DNA of 63,985 nucleotides, filler included, from Reticulomyxa filosa (Eukaryota; Protista; Foraminifera), in assembly GCA_000512085.1 (NCBI GenBank). It is 13 parts of 13 records of this genome, joined end to end, with 100 filler letters (N's around TTAATTAATTAA, not from the genome) between each part and the next. Parts side by side here need not be neighbours in the genome. Positions count along the whole stretch, not along the records: positions 28,759 to 44,773 come from ASPP01020156.1; positions 44,874 to 47,780 come from ASPP01003138.1; 11 more parts are not named here. One strand, given 5' to 3'. The translations under genes were made by a program, and so were the position numbers. This document shows, in pieces, positions 35,875-47,740 of this stretch. The notes under the pieces were generated by a model. That model was given only the letters and a program-made list of their open reading frames with translations, had not been told where the DNA came from and made no database searches. Numbering within the stretch: position 1 is the first letter of the stretch; the number at the start of each line of letters is the position of its first letter.

Positions 35875-36930
35875 ATGTGGCCTTCTCAAAAACTAGACAA
35901 ACTTGGAAATGATCAGTACAAAAAAAAGAAGCTTGCACCCTTTCGTAACAGCACTACTCGCAATATAAAATCAGGGGAAGCTAGAATTTGTGATTTGAAG
36001 GCAGAGGACAAATCTAAAGTTGGTAAACTTATTCAAAGATTGGTAGATTTGGAAAAAGCACACAAGAACGAACATGCAAAAGAGGAAGAAATCAGAAAAG
36101 AGCTGGAAAGTCAAGTCCAGTCATTACAACAAAAGAACTATGAGATTGTTCAAGAACATAACGCGCTGCAAAGTAAATTCAACCAAGTATTAGCTGCTCT
36201 TCAAACTTGTCAACAAAAATTGACTTGCTATGATGATCAAAAAACAGTAGAAAGTAAGATGCTTACTGAATTAGCCGCCATAAAAAACAAAATGGAGGAA
36301 TGGCAACTACAATCGTTGCATCATGTTCCAAAAAAAGAAGAAAATGAAGACAATAAAACTCGGCAAAATGAAAAGATAGGCCAAAAAAATGTGTGTGTCG
36401 ATGAAAAAGAAACACAAACCGAGGCTATAATTTTTCCACAAAAAGTGCAAAAATCCAAACTTCAAAACTCTGACTCGTGCAAATCTTTTGATATATTATC
36501 CAACGATAGTCACCAATTTGATAAAAGTAGTGAAAACAAAGTAAAAACCATTGAAGATAGCTTTTGTGATAAAAAGAAGATACAGAGGCTTTTAGAGATT
36601 CAATCGATGACTGACAACAAAAGTTCCAAAAAAAAAACAACAAAACTTCCAAAAAGCTGTTCACTTTCAAATGCTATTCAAATCAATCCTTTCAATGGCG
36701 AGAGCAAAGGATATTTGGAGAGGAGTCGTTCAGCTTTCATTTTGAACAATGAAAAAGTAGACTTGGTACCCCCGCATTTCAAAAAAACAGAAACTGTAGA
36801 ACTTCAACAAAAAAACAGTACTACAAATGTGAATTTGAAGTCAACCACCGACAGTGATGATGAGACTGAATTGATCAAATATTTGAATGTTTATATTCCC
36901 GAAATGAACTTACACAATTTTGAATTTTAA
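35875..36930 (+). CDS. Coiled-coil protein with a hinderin/KIAA1328-like domain
   Basis: ICDLKAEDKSKVGKLIQRL...LQQKNYEIVQEHNALQSKFNQVLAALQTCQ resembles the KIAA1328 motif DLxxEDKxxIAxLIxxL. Single 351-aa ORF. Confidence 0.6.
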   Translation: MWPSQKLDKLGNDQYKKKKLAPFRNSTTRNIKSGEARICDLKAEDKSKVGKLIQRLVDLEKAHKNEHAKEEEIRKELESQVQSLQQKNYEIVQEHNALQSKFNQVLAALQTCQQKLTCYDDQKTVESKMLTELAAIKNKMEEWQLQSLHHVPKKEENEDNKTRQNEKIGQKNVCVDEKETQTEAIIFPQKVQKSKLQNSDSCKSFDILSNDSHQFDKSSENKVKTIEDSFCDKKKIQRLLEIQSMTDNKSSKKKTTKLPKSCSLSNAIQINPFNGESKGYLERSRSAFILNNEKVDLVPPHFKKTETVELQQKNSTTNVNLKSTTDSDDETELIKYLNVYIPEMNLHNFEF

Positions 36931-37309
36931 AATATTTAAACAAAAAATAAATAAAAACAATAAAAAGTATATAACTATCTGTTTTGTTGTGGGACTTGTA
37001 TAAAGTTATTTATCTCATCGGATTATGTTTTAAAATCCTCTTATTCCTAGTTTAATGTGAAACCCTACAAAAAGTATATCGAGCACGTTTATCAAAGTAC
37101 TGATCTTAAAGTCAAGCCTAATGCAGTGATATAATATATTCGAACAAAAAAAGTTATTGCTGACTTTGAAACGTAAAGAAGACAGATCAATGTCAATATC
37201 CAAATCACTTATCAATTTCAAATAAAGGGACAGAATTAAAGAAGCTATCATCTGAAGTGTTTTTTTCTGAAAGTAAAAGAGAAACTAGAGTATGTGATGT
37301 AAGGATATA

Positions 37310-37951
37310 CTAAATGTGTTGCAGAATTTTGCTGTACTTTTTCATATTGATTCGACACATTTGCCCAAATTCTGAAACTGGGCTACGTTCGTCTTCACAT
37401 TCCACAGTGTTAACAACCATTGTATGATCATCGATAATACGATAAGTACAGGTGCTGGAGGAGTTCTTTAATACAAAATTTAAAGTCAATGCGCTTGTTT
37501 TTATGTGAAAATAGCCTGAGCATTGTTGTCCACCAGATTGCCATTGCAATAACAACACACCATCTTTCCGAGATACACCGCTCTCTCCACTTCCACTATC
37601 GCTACCCCCAGGAGTTATTTTCATCACATATCCAAAATTCATTGATTCCGGATTCAATGACTGTCCTTTTATTTTGAAAGTGAAAGGAATGCATACGTGT
37701 CAGCCCTTATTGCAGTCAAAACAATCAAAAAAGCTGACAACAAATCAAGTGCTTAAATTATTACCAAAGCTCCATTGCAAAAAAACAGTGTTTGGTGTTT
37801 TAGAATTGTGGTACTTGTCAATTTTCACTAATGTATTGGTCATGCGCAGGAAGTCAAAATTTGGTGCAAGGCTACGTTGCTCCAAATTACGCTTCCAAAC
37901 CCCACATAAAAAATCTGCCAGAGTTTCTGGATCAACAATCGAAAGAGACAT
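37310..37951 (-). CDS. Two-exon hypothetical protein, predicted beta-rich (calycin-like)
   Basis: ORFs 37745-37951 and 37310-37657 are separated by a short intron-like gap. N-terminal FLCGVWK (GxW motif) and many alternating beta-strand patterns. Confidence 0.55.
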
Positions 37952-38538
37952 TTTTTCAATGAGGAAATCAGTTCAAGTTTTCCTTTAGAACCCTTGGACG
38001 ACTTTTAAAACTGTTAATATTTCAATGAAAAAGCCCAACGTGACTAAATTTAAATTTTTATTATTGCAAAAGTGTATTTTAAATTTAAACCGCTTTTTTT
38101 TTTCAAAATTTGTATGTATTAAAATCTAAAAATAATTATAAAATGTATTTCTAATAGGTAAAGTTACAAAGTTCAGTTCACTGTTGAAAATGTACACCCT
38201 TCACAAATGTACGATTTCATAACTCTTAAGAGTTTTCTTTTTTTTTTGCAAATGGAAAAAATACTCCATGAACGTAGTGGCTGAAACAATAGTTCTTTTG
38301 GTAAAAGAGCGTTTCAAACCTACATCTCTAAAAGATGCTATCCAACAACCAAAAATTTTCGGATGTACTTATGGTGCAATATGGTTTTGTTTTTTTTTAA
38401 GATAAGATCAATAACAAAAAGAAGTCAAAGACCACAGCTGACAAAAAAAATAAAAGAAATATGAACAATGCCTCCGTTCTTTTTGAGTTTCATTTTCGTC
38501 TTTGCACACATTTTTGTAAAGTAAATTGGAGAAGCTAG

Positions 38539-39551
38539 TTATAATATGGCACAACATGACGACGAAGTTTCAGTAGTTGTAGGTTCAGATGGGGTTGTCA
38601 CACGTGCCTTTCGGATTTCTCGTACACATTCTTCAAATATTGCTTCGACATTGATTTTGTCCTTCGCGCTGCTTTCAAAAAATGGACATCCCCTTTTTTT
38701 TTTTTTTATTATTAACTACTTTTAAGTCATTCATAGCCATACCAACAAAACAAAATGCTTGTTCAACACATACCATTCCTTTGCTATCTGTTTTCCTTTT
38801 TCAGTGGCTACTTTCCTTTGTGTGGATAAGTCACATTTGTTGCCTACCAAAACCCTTCATGTTCACAACACAAAAAAAAAAAAATAAAAAAATAAAAATT
38901 CAAAATAATTTTTTTAAAAAAAAAAACACCCTTTTTTTAAAAGAAATAATTTTTTTTTTTTTTTTTGAACACATATTTTGAAATCAAATAAATCAACAAA
39001 AGAAAAAATGAAATACATGGGCACTTTGGCTTTCTTTTTTTCACTGAGTATTTCTTCACGGAATTTGGACGCGTCTTTAAGCAAAGAGTCTTCACTAGTA
39101 ATGGAATACACAATGATGAAACCTTCACCTTTTCGAAACCACTCACTCTTCATCGTTACAAACTCTTCTTGACCCTGTTTAATTGAGCAAAGGGGGGGGG
39201 AGGACATACGGTCATAAAAGTTGACGTGCATTTCAACGAAACAAAAACAAAATAACGTATAAAAAAATGGGAATGTGCAGAAGGGACAATTTAACTGCTG
39301 TGTCGAGAATGTCGAGTAAGGCCGATTTTCCGTCAACCTCAGTTTGCTTTTTATGGATGTCTTCGATCGTGGGATCCCACTCTACTAAAAATTTGTCATT
39401 GATAAGCCTTATTGTTAGTGCTGATTTGCCCACTCCACCGGGACCTACGTGCACAGTCAACAAAATGGGAAGAATAAAAAGTCTGAATTTGAAGAAATTG
39501 CTAGATAAATTTACCCAACACTACAATGCGATAAGCGTTTGCCTCGTCCAT
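38539..39551 (-). CDS. ras: Ras-family small GTPase, five exons
   Basis: [51 protein letters not shown]-terminal CCAIL* (CaaX). Confidence 0.95.
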
Positions 39552-39780
39552 CAATATTGCATTGAATTTTTAAATCTTTACCACCCGGTCTGCTTTTGAA
39601 AAACTTGTTACATATTTTACAAGCCCGATATAAAAAAGAAACGTACTGATTACTTTATTTTTATTTCAAACAATTTGTTTCTGATAGCTGATCTATAACC
39701 AGCATTAAAGAGAGCTAAAAAAAAAAAAGAACTGAAGGGAAAGACTAAACAAATCCTCTCGGACTTGGATAATAGAAGAA

Positions 39781-41673
39781 ATGTCATTTTTAATTGGGCC
39801 TAGTGTGTCTTGCATTAAACTTTGGGGAAGAAAGAATGTAATTCCAAAATTGGCAAAGCGTTTTTTTGTGTATGGACAATTGATGGAAAAAAAGGCTAAG
39901 TTTCGAAAGGAATTATCGGAACGAATGGAAGATGAAGCGGAAGTGAAGAGAATAATAAAGACCGGAATAGACAGTAAAGCACTACAAAGGTTGGCCAAGT
40001 TGAAAGAAGACATAGAAAAATGTGACAACAGCAAGAAGATGTGGGATGTAATGAACACTGGCAGTGAATTGTTGGCAAGTCTGCCAGTCAAAGAAGTGAT
40101 AAACATATACAAAATGGCACTGGACAAAAGTGGTAACATAATGAAAGATGCAGATTTGGTATGTGACATACTGCAAATAGGTCAGCAAAGACATGATTTG
40201 TATCAGCGCAAGGATTTGTATGAAGAAGTGATACAAGTATTAATAGGTTTGGGTCGAATGGACTTGGCCTTGAGATACTTTGAACAGATGAAGCATTTGT
40301 ATATATCTCACAATCACAAGTCATTGGGACCAACAATTGCATTGTACAATCGCATGCTCAATGCATGCATGCAGGTTGATATGATGCAACAGTGCGTGCA
40401 GCTGTATGAAGAGATGTACAATGTGTTTGGTATCCGTCCCAACGTGGACACCTATAAAATAATGTTGCATGTAACCCAACGGCTCCGCCGTCGCACCGCA
40501 TTTTTTCAATTCTATCATGTCCTTGAGTCCAGATTGTTTCCTGTTGATCACACTGAGAATGAAAATGCCAATGGCAGAACCCTGCTATTGCGTACCACTG
40601 AACAATATGAACTCTTGGATGCTCTTTTGCAAATGTATGGCCAAACGCATGAGATAGATAATATGTTGGCAGCAATGGACAAATTTTATGGAAATGGAAA
40701 TGATAATAGCAGTGGGGTTGACACAATGGTGGAATATAACTTCAAACATGTGTTTGTGATTGCCAACACATATTTGCAATTGAACAGGCCTAATGAGGCT
40801 TTGGATTGGCTGTCCAAGCCATTACAACAACGATGCAATGAAGAAACAACTGCCAAGATATTGACATTGAAGACTCTGTGCTTTCTCCAATTGCATCGCT
40901 GTGATGACATTGCCGCGATCAAGGCCAATGATCAATGGCTTTTGGATCGCGTCCATTGGTCACATAAATGCACATGTCGACATATTCTTTATCATGCATG
41001 GCTTGATGTCTATTTGTACGAACATCGACATACACATTGGAAAATATCGATCCCTTTTTTTGATACCTTGATCCAAGAGTTTGCAATGTCACAAGACGGA
41101 ACGTTGGATGATGTGAATATAGATATCAACGAATGTCGGCAAAATTTGTTTTGGGGATGTGACATCTCATTGTTGTTATCCTCGTCATCATTGCAAACAA
41201 ATCAATACACAACGGATGCATCTGTCTCTCAAATAAGAGACACTAAATCTTCTCAGAAAACTTGGTATTTGGATATTTCTAATGCCAATGAATTGGAAAT
41301 TCGCTTCTTATTACGCTATATATTTGCTTTCCAGAGAAACAAATGGCTCCAACATTTCCACATCGGTGCCACTTGTTCTGTCACATTATACGGTGGATTA
41401 GATACTACATTCGATGATAACACAAACGCAATTTGTAAAGATCTAATTGTTTTGGATGAACTAAAGCAATGGAAAGTTATAGAAAACATGCCAGCAAATG
41501 AAAAAAATGAAGGGGAAAACAACGATAATCTAATCATTCGAAAAACAAACGATTTTGCAGGACACAAAGTATGGGTCATTCAAGACCATTTCATACAGTG
41601 CTTCCTCAAATTGTTTCAAAATGAAGATTTATCTTTTGCACCTGATCACATCGTATGTCTGTCATCCAAGTAA
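39781..41673 (+). CDS. Pentatricopeptide-repeat protein, probably mitochondrial, possible degenerate Smr domain
   Basis: PPR motifs (LYEEVIQVLIGLGRMDLALRYFEQM; PTIALYNRMLNAC...LYEEMYNVFGIRPNVDTYKIML). Basic, acid-free N-terminus. Confidence 0.85.
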   Translation: MSFLIGPSVSCIKLWGRKNVIPKLAKRFFVYGQLMEKKAKFRKELSERMEDEAEVKRIIKTGIDSKALQRLAKLKEDIEKCDNSKKMWDVMNTGSELLASLPVKEVINIYKMALDKSGNIMKDADLVCDILQIGQQRHDLYQRKDLYEEVIQVLIGLGRMDLALRYFEQMKHLYISHNHKSLGPTIALYNRMLNACMQVDMMQQCVQLYEEMYNVFGIRPNVDTYKIMLHVTQRLRRRTAFFQFYHVLESRLFPVDHTENENANGRTLLLRTTEQYELLDALLQMYGQTHEIDNMLAAMDKFYGNGNDNSSGVDTMVEYNFKHVFVIANTYLQLNRPNEALDWLSKPLQQRCNEETTAKILTLKTLCFLQLHRCDDIAAIKANDQWLLDRVHWSHKCTCRHILYHAWLDVYLYEHRHTHWKISIPFFDTLIQEFAMSQDGTLDDVNIDINECRQNLFWGCDISLLLSSSSLQTNQYTTDASVSQIRDTKSSQKTWYLDISNANELEIRFLLRYIFAFQRNKWLQHFHIGATCSVTLYGGLDTTFDDNTNAICKDLIVLDELKQWKVIENMPANEKNEGENNDNLIIRKTNDFAGHKVWVIQDHFIQCFLKLFQNEDLSFAPDHIVCLSSK

Positions 41674-42383
41674 ACATTTCTGATACTTTCGATGCTTATC
41701 TTTTGTTTTTGATATTATTAATAATGTCAAATAATTTTCTTTGATATGATGTCCATGATATATTTATCGCATCGTTATTGATATTTTTATAAAATTGATA
41801 ACTTATACAGTTAAAAGATCATATAGTCCCAAAAGTAAGACAATAATCTAAAAGAAAAACATAAATGCAAGGAAAATAAAAACTTGTCAAATTCACATAA
41901 TCAACTATACTTTGAAAAAATACTAATTTTAAGTTTGACTTTTTTTTGATATTTTAAAGATTTAATTAAAATGTTGGTGATTCTAACATTTTATGAAAAC
42001 AAATTTAGCTATTCAGTATGAATAGTATTATGAGTCACGTAATACAGAACAATATGTTATTATTTGGAAATGTTAATATTAAAAAATATATATTTTTTAT
42101 TACTAGAATTTCCAATTGGTATAAAAATTTACTACTATTAAAAAATATTTATTTTCTTTTACCTTTGTTTTCGTGTGGGAACGTTGTTAGAACTAAAATA
42201 GTTTTAAATCTTTAAGTATTCTTGTAGATTGCAATAGAACATGTTAGATTTTACAATTGAATCTCTTATCTGATTTTGTGCTTTCAAAATAAACACAAAT
42301 TGTATCCGCAAAACAAATGTTACTTTTGAAATTTTTGTTTGCGCTGGGTTCTTTGTCACACCGCAAAATTTCACTAAGTTACC

Positions 42384-43328
42384 ATGTATCCCCGTTTGTC
42401 TCAAAAGAAATTATCTTCTGCAAGCCTTCTATTGCAGAAATGTAGCATCCATACGTCTTTAAATAAACCAGCGCGGGTATTATGCAACGCTTTTATGCAC
42501 CACAAACTACTGTCCTCTGCTGACTTTGTAACGCAACATGCGCCGACGCTTAAAGCAAGCAACAGTTCTGATTTGAGTACCGCTTACTTTTTGCAAGATA
42601 CATTCACCGAATTGCTGTCAAAAGAGCATGGCAAGACAGTGTACGGTTGGAAAATCGGCTGTACCAGCAAAGCAGTGCAAACAATGTTCAAGCTAACACA
42701 GCCAACGATTGCGCCCTACTTTGATCTTTTTGAAAATGGTGCCAAATTGTCCAAAGATCAAAACGTGAAAAGACATGGAATCGAAGCTGAGTTTGCATTT
42801 CAAATGATCAATCTTGACAAAGTGTTGCTGAGTAACACCAAAAAAACATGGACAGAAAGCGACATTGTCCAATGTATTGAGTCTGTGCACCCAGTGTTTG
42901 AGGTTATTGCGAGCAGGTTTTTAGATGAAAGTATTGTCAAAATTGATGTTGCATGTTTGGTCGCAGATTTGTTTTGCAGTGGGGGTATTGTGAAAGGTAT
43001 ATACCATACACAACAACAGCAACGAGGGAAGCAAAGCTCACCCGAGCACTGGAAGTTTCTGGAAGAAATGCGTGTCGATTTGTTTGTGGATGATCAATTG
43101 GTGAAAACTGGCCATGGCAAAGATGTCTTGGGGTCGCCAATTAACGCATTGGTATGGTTTTTCAATTACTTGAAAAACACAAATAATGGCTTGCAAAAGA
43201 TTCAACAATTGAATGGCAAACTCATAAGCACTGGCACTTGCACTGGGCTGACCGTGTTGGAAAAAGGTCAAACTGCCGTTGCGCGTTTTGGAAATAATTT
43301 TGGTAGTGTTTCAGTCACCTTTGTATAA
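42384..43328 (+). CDS. mhpD: 2-keto-4-pentenoate hydratase-like enzyme (fumarylacetoacetate hydrolase superfamily) with a transit-peptide-like extension
   Basis: AYFLQ, GWKIGCTSKAVQ, IEAEFAF, PVFEVIASRF, VAD, GKDVLGSPINALVW, ISTGTCTG. Intronless. Confidence 0.88.
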   Translation: MYPRLSQKKLSSASLLLQKCSIHTSLNKPARVLCNAFMHHKLLSSADFVTQHAPTLKASNSSDLSTAYFLQDTFTELLSKEHGKTVYGWKIGCTSKAVQTMFKLTQPTIAPYFDLFENGAKLSKDQNVKRHGIEAEFAFQMINLDKVLLSNTKKTWTESDIVQCIESVHPVFEVIASRFLDESIVKIDVACLVADLFCSGGIVKGIYHTQQQQRGKQSSPEHWKFLEEMRVDLFVDDQLVKTGHGKDVLGSPINALVWFFNYLKNTNNGLQKIQQLNGKLISTGTCTGLTVLEKGQTAVARFGNNFGSVSVTFV

Positions 43329-43590
43329 AATGTTGTCTTTTTTTTTTTTAATTAACTAGGATTTTAAACAAATTGCTGCTTTGATAATTCACTTTAAATC
43401 TTTCATCGAAAATTATTGTCAGGATAAATTTTTTGGTTATTTTTTCCAAAGTTTATTGTCATTATAAAGAAAAAAAAAGGAAAAGAAACAGAGAAGCAAT
43501 AAAAGACTTACAAGCGTTTTCAAAGGCTGGTTCTCTCCCTTTTGAAAAAAAAAAAGGAACTCAAAATTGATTGAATCATAATAAGAAAAA

Positions 43591-44639
43591 ATGACGGCAT
43601 ATGGAACTTCTCAAGACAATTGGGGCTATGAGGAAGCGGATGATAAAGGAAACCCTTACGCCTCACCAATGACAACGCAATATTCATTGGTGGAAGAGCC
43701 CAGCCAAAAAACGAACGGAACGTCGAAAGCATACGATGCACCCTCACAGCCGCTGATAGGAAGCGAAGGGAACGAAGAGAAGAGCCAAAAGCTGGAAGAG
43801 TTAGAAGAAAGAGAGAGGAGAGCAACAATACTGCAGCAAGAGTTGGACGCAAGAGAGGAGAAACTGCGTAAAAGTATGGGAAGCAACAACTTTCGACCAA
43901 AGAAAAACTGGCCTCATCCATCGATCGGATGGGCAAGAAACGCCATTAGTGTCGATATCCCAAAGAAGCATCAAAACGGTGTGCGCAAGTTTTACGCTTT
44001 GTGGTTGTTGACCGCTATCGCTGCAGTCTTGAATCTCTTGTTATGTTTATGGTATGGTTTCAGCAAGGAAGGATCCGGTGATATTGGTTTTATGCAATGG
44101 GTATTGGCGATTTGTTACGTAGTCGTAGGTGGACCAAAAAAAAAATAAAAATAAAAATACACATACTTTATATACATATGTGTATAGATGTATATACATT
44201 TATATATGTGTAGATATATCCATATGTATGTATATATATATATATATATATGTATATGTATGTAACATGATATTTGGGGGGAAAAAAAGGATTGCCTGGA
44301 AGCTGGATGTGCTGGTACAAACGATACTATCGGGCGGTCCAATGGAACCGACAAGTTCCACTTCTGTTTTTCATTTTCTTGATGCTGCATATGCTTTGGG
44401 CTGCTGTCATGGCCTTGGGATTGACTTTAACCGGGTCCTTTTCTTTTCTGATTATGGCCAGATGCTTCACTCAAGGATATGATAGTATCGCTGTTGCTAT
44501 GATGATCAATGGGGCTTTGTGGTCTTTGGTCGCCGTTTTCAGTGGATTCACCATGAAGGTGGCCCAGGCTACTATGATCCAAAAGTATGTGGCTGACAAC
44601 CAACAATTGGTTGCTAACAATAATTCCACTTTGAATTAG
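43591..44639 (+). CDS. SCAMP: Secretory carrier membrane protein
   Basis: NPY motif, coiled coil (ELDAREEKLR), KNWP, four TM helices, and LPGSWMCWYKRYYRAV (E-peptide-like). Intron 44129-44289 restores the frame. Confidence 0.88.
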
Positions 44640-46465
44640 GGAGAGAGACTGCTTTGAGGAAACAAAAAAAAAAATTTTTTTTAAAAGAAAAAAATGAGAG
44701 TGAAAGTGAGAACTTTGTTTGAGGTAAAATTTTCCCTCCAATATGTTGTGTCTTTTTTTGTTTTCCTTTCAAANNNNNNNNNNNNNNNNNNNNNNNNNNN
44801 NNNNNNNNNNNNNNNNNTTAATTAATTAANNNNNNNNNNNNNNNNNNNNNNNNNNNNNNNNNNNNNNNNNNNNTTTTTTATTGTCATAATGCTCAAAGAG
44901 TTTGAGCAACAACCGTTTGTTTCAAACTGCTTGAAAAAAAAATGATCAAACTTTGAAAATCTTTCTGGAACACACGCCACTGCGAGTGCAAAACAACAAG
45001 TTAAGTTTATATTTTAAAAAAAAGAAATTACGTGTAGAATGTTGAATTAAAGCTACAGTCTTATTTAATATCGCATCCCAAAAAAAACTTATCATTGGAG
45101 GATGTGCGATTATTTGCGCAATGTCGCATATTGACAGATGTACTGTTTTTTTGTTTCCTAAAAAAAATTATTTGGTGTTGTATGTACAGATTAAACTATT
45201 TTTAAAAGAAAGCAAGGAAACCAACTTTAAAGTCTTTTGCTCAGTTGTAATGCATGTTTGTACTTTTTCATGTAACTTTGTCGTTTTTTATGCTCTGTGC
45301 AAATTTTTCTTTGCGCGTTTATGCGTTTTCCCAACGTTAATTCCAATTATATCAAAAATTATACATCTTCTTACAAAACCTTTTGAAACAAAGAAATGTT
45401 TACAAAAGCAAAAATATCAGTATGAATATCCATGCAATATGAAAGAAGACAGAAAAATTAAGTTAAAATTGAAAGCTTTAAAAATACTTTGTGTTATGTT
45501 GCCAAAATAACAAAATAAATGTGTTTTTTATAACAAAAGAAATGTCAGTCTCAAAAACGAATTGTTTTTTGTGATGACCCCACAAAAAAAAGTTTTCGTT
45601 TAATTTGCTTTCATAACAAGAGGAGATCAATTGATTCATCTTTGATATACTACAAAGTTAATAGATTTCTTTTTTGTATAGAAGAAAACATGTTGCAACG
45701 GTAAATGACTGTATTTTTTTTTTAGAGTTGCGAATTCACGAAGCGGCTAAAGATAAATTGTCTTCAACATTTGCTACGTCTTCTTGATTAATTCGTAGCG
45801 TAAAAAAAAAAGCGATAAACTATTTGCGAAATTATTGTTTTTTTTACACTTTGCCTTTCTTTGAAAATATAAAAATACATTCTAGTCCGCTCGTGTATAA
45901 GTTTTTTTATTACAAAAAAAAATTCTTGGTAGGTTTTTTTCTCATTATAATCCAAAAAAAGAAATGTGGTCTGTGTAAAAAAGTTGGATAACAAATACAA
46001 ATGAATGAATCAAAAACAAAAATTTAATAAATTTGTCAACCAAAAAAGTACATCTCATTTTGATAAATATGAAAAATAATAATTATGTGGATATGAAGCA
46101 CTTGACATACTTTCAAGCTGTAAATCATATTCTGAAATTATATTATTTTTTCAAATAATAAATTTATCTTATTTGTTAATGAAAAAATTGGTAAAAATTC
46201 CTTTCGTTGATTAGGGAACAAAAGAAAAGATTTATTTTTCATTTGATCAAATTTGTTGAATATTCTGAAGAATCAAAATTTCAACATACAAAAATCAATA
46301 CTTCTCAAAGTTTCTTAATTATCATAGAATTGGGAATTTGAGTTAACAGTCCGATCACAGTGACCTTGTACTATTTGCGCATTTTATCCGATAATCCACA
46401 TGACTGCCAATGGCAATACCTTCTCTTCACAACTCGTAGTTCTTTGAGACTTGGTCCAAATAAAA

Positions 46466-47740
46466 CTAGCTTTTTTCCAAAAATTCGGTAATGTTCGTCA
46501 ACTGGACCGATCAGCACTCACAAAGCATTACTTGTTCCGGCTTCGGCGGAAGCGAATTTTCGATACTCTTATTGTAGCCGATCGTGGTGGTGTTGCTGTT
46601 CGCTTCGGCGTTGTTCCTGCCAACTTCTTCGCTGCTTTGGCTGTGTGGAAGGCAGTATGTAGCAAAGATGTAATGATATTCGCCCTCTTTCAATGTGAAC
46701 TTGTGCCATCGTTGATTCACGCTGCACTTGCCAGTCACGCAATACGAGTAGATCCCTTGTCTCGTCACGCCTTTCGTGTAGCCGATTATCGACGTGTATC
46801 ATCCCATGATATATTCGCCATTGATTGTTAGTCGATCGATATCTGCCACCCAAGTGCCTATCGATCCATTTGCATGCTCCTTCTATCTATATATTTTATT
46901 TTCATTTTATTTTATTTGATACATTTATTTATTATTAAAAATTTATAACTTGTCTATCTCTTCCTCCTCCTCGTTCATCAGTCTTCTTCTTTTCTTCTTT
47001 TTTGTGAATCCACCACTCGTGCACGCTTGTTGGCACAAATGGCTTGATATTCCAAATTCGTTGTCATTGCTCAATCCCATTGTCAAATGCGCATTCGAAT
47101 GGATGTCATTGTACTGTGTGATTCGCACTTGCTCGGTAAATACTTTATTTTCGTAAATGGCAAAGATAATGTCCTTTTCAGGCAGGAATAATGTGCGGTG
47201 TCTCTTGCTGCTTGGAAAAGTGGATAATGGACGACCCGACGTCTTCAATGAGAAAGTCTAAAATTGCAAACAGGTTTTCGTAGTGATATGCATTGACCAG
47301 CTCCTTCAACACTTTCAACAGACTGGTTTGGAACTCGCCCGTGGCTTTGATGGGTAATGTTGAACAATTTGTCCAGCAATGCGAATGTTGGCTGCAAATA
47401 ATGGTGCATGTAATTGTAATTGTAATTGTGGCTGTTGTAACAGGCTGGTCTTTGTGATTCGTTTGCATCAACGACACTCCATTGTCATCCTTCATCCATA
47501 CTTTGCCTCGGCGCCAATGGCATTGAACAAAGACGACTTCACCAGCATCGCCGTGACTTTGCTCGTGCTCGTGCTCGTGCTTATAATCAAATGGACGCCG
47601 TTCTGGAGTGCTTGCGCTTTGATCGCTCTAACAACTGGTTCGACGTTGACGACACGATACGTGGTGGACATGGGAGCCCGATTATTTTTTGTATCGAAGA
47701 CATTGTTCGACGATACGAGTTATTGGAATGCAAGTAATTT
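46466..47740 (-). pseudogene. Disrupted gene of unknown function
   Basis: Coding-like, higher-GC sequence with an intron (~46886-46950), in-frame TAA and TAG in the 5' part, a frame change near 47200-47260 and two in-frame TGA codons in the last exon. Confidence 0.5.

Noticed and set aside
46466-47740. Alternative nuclear genetic code (stop-codon reassignment)
   Set aside because: Well-conserved genes here have no internal stops, and TAA, TAG and TGA all appear at gene ends (Ras TAA, SCAMP TAG, WD40 TGA).
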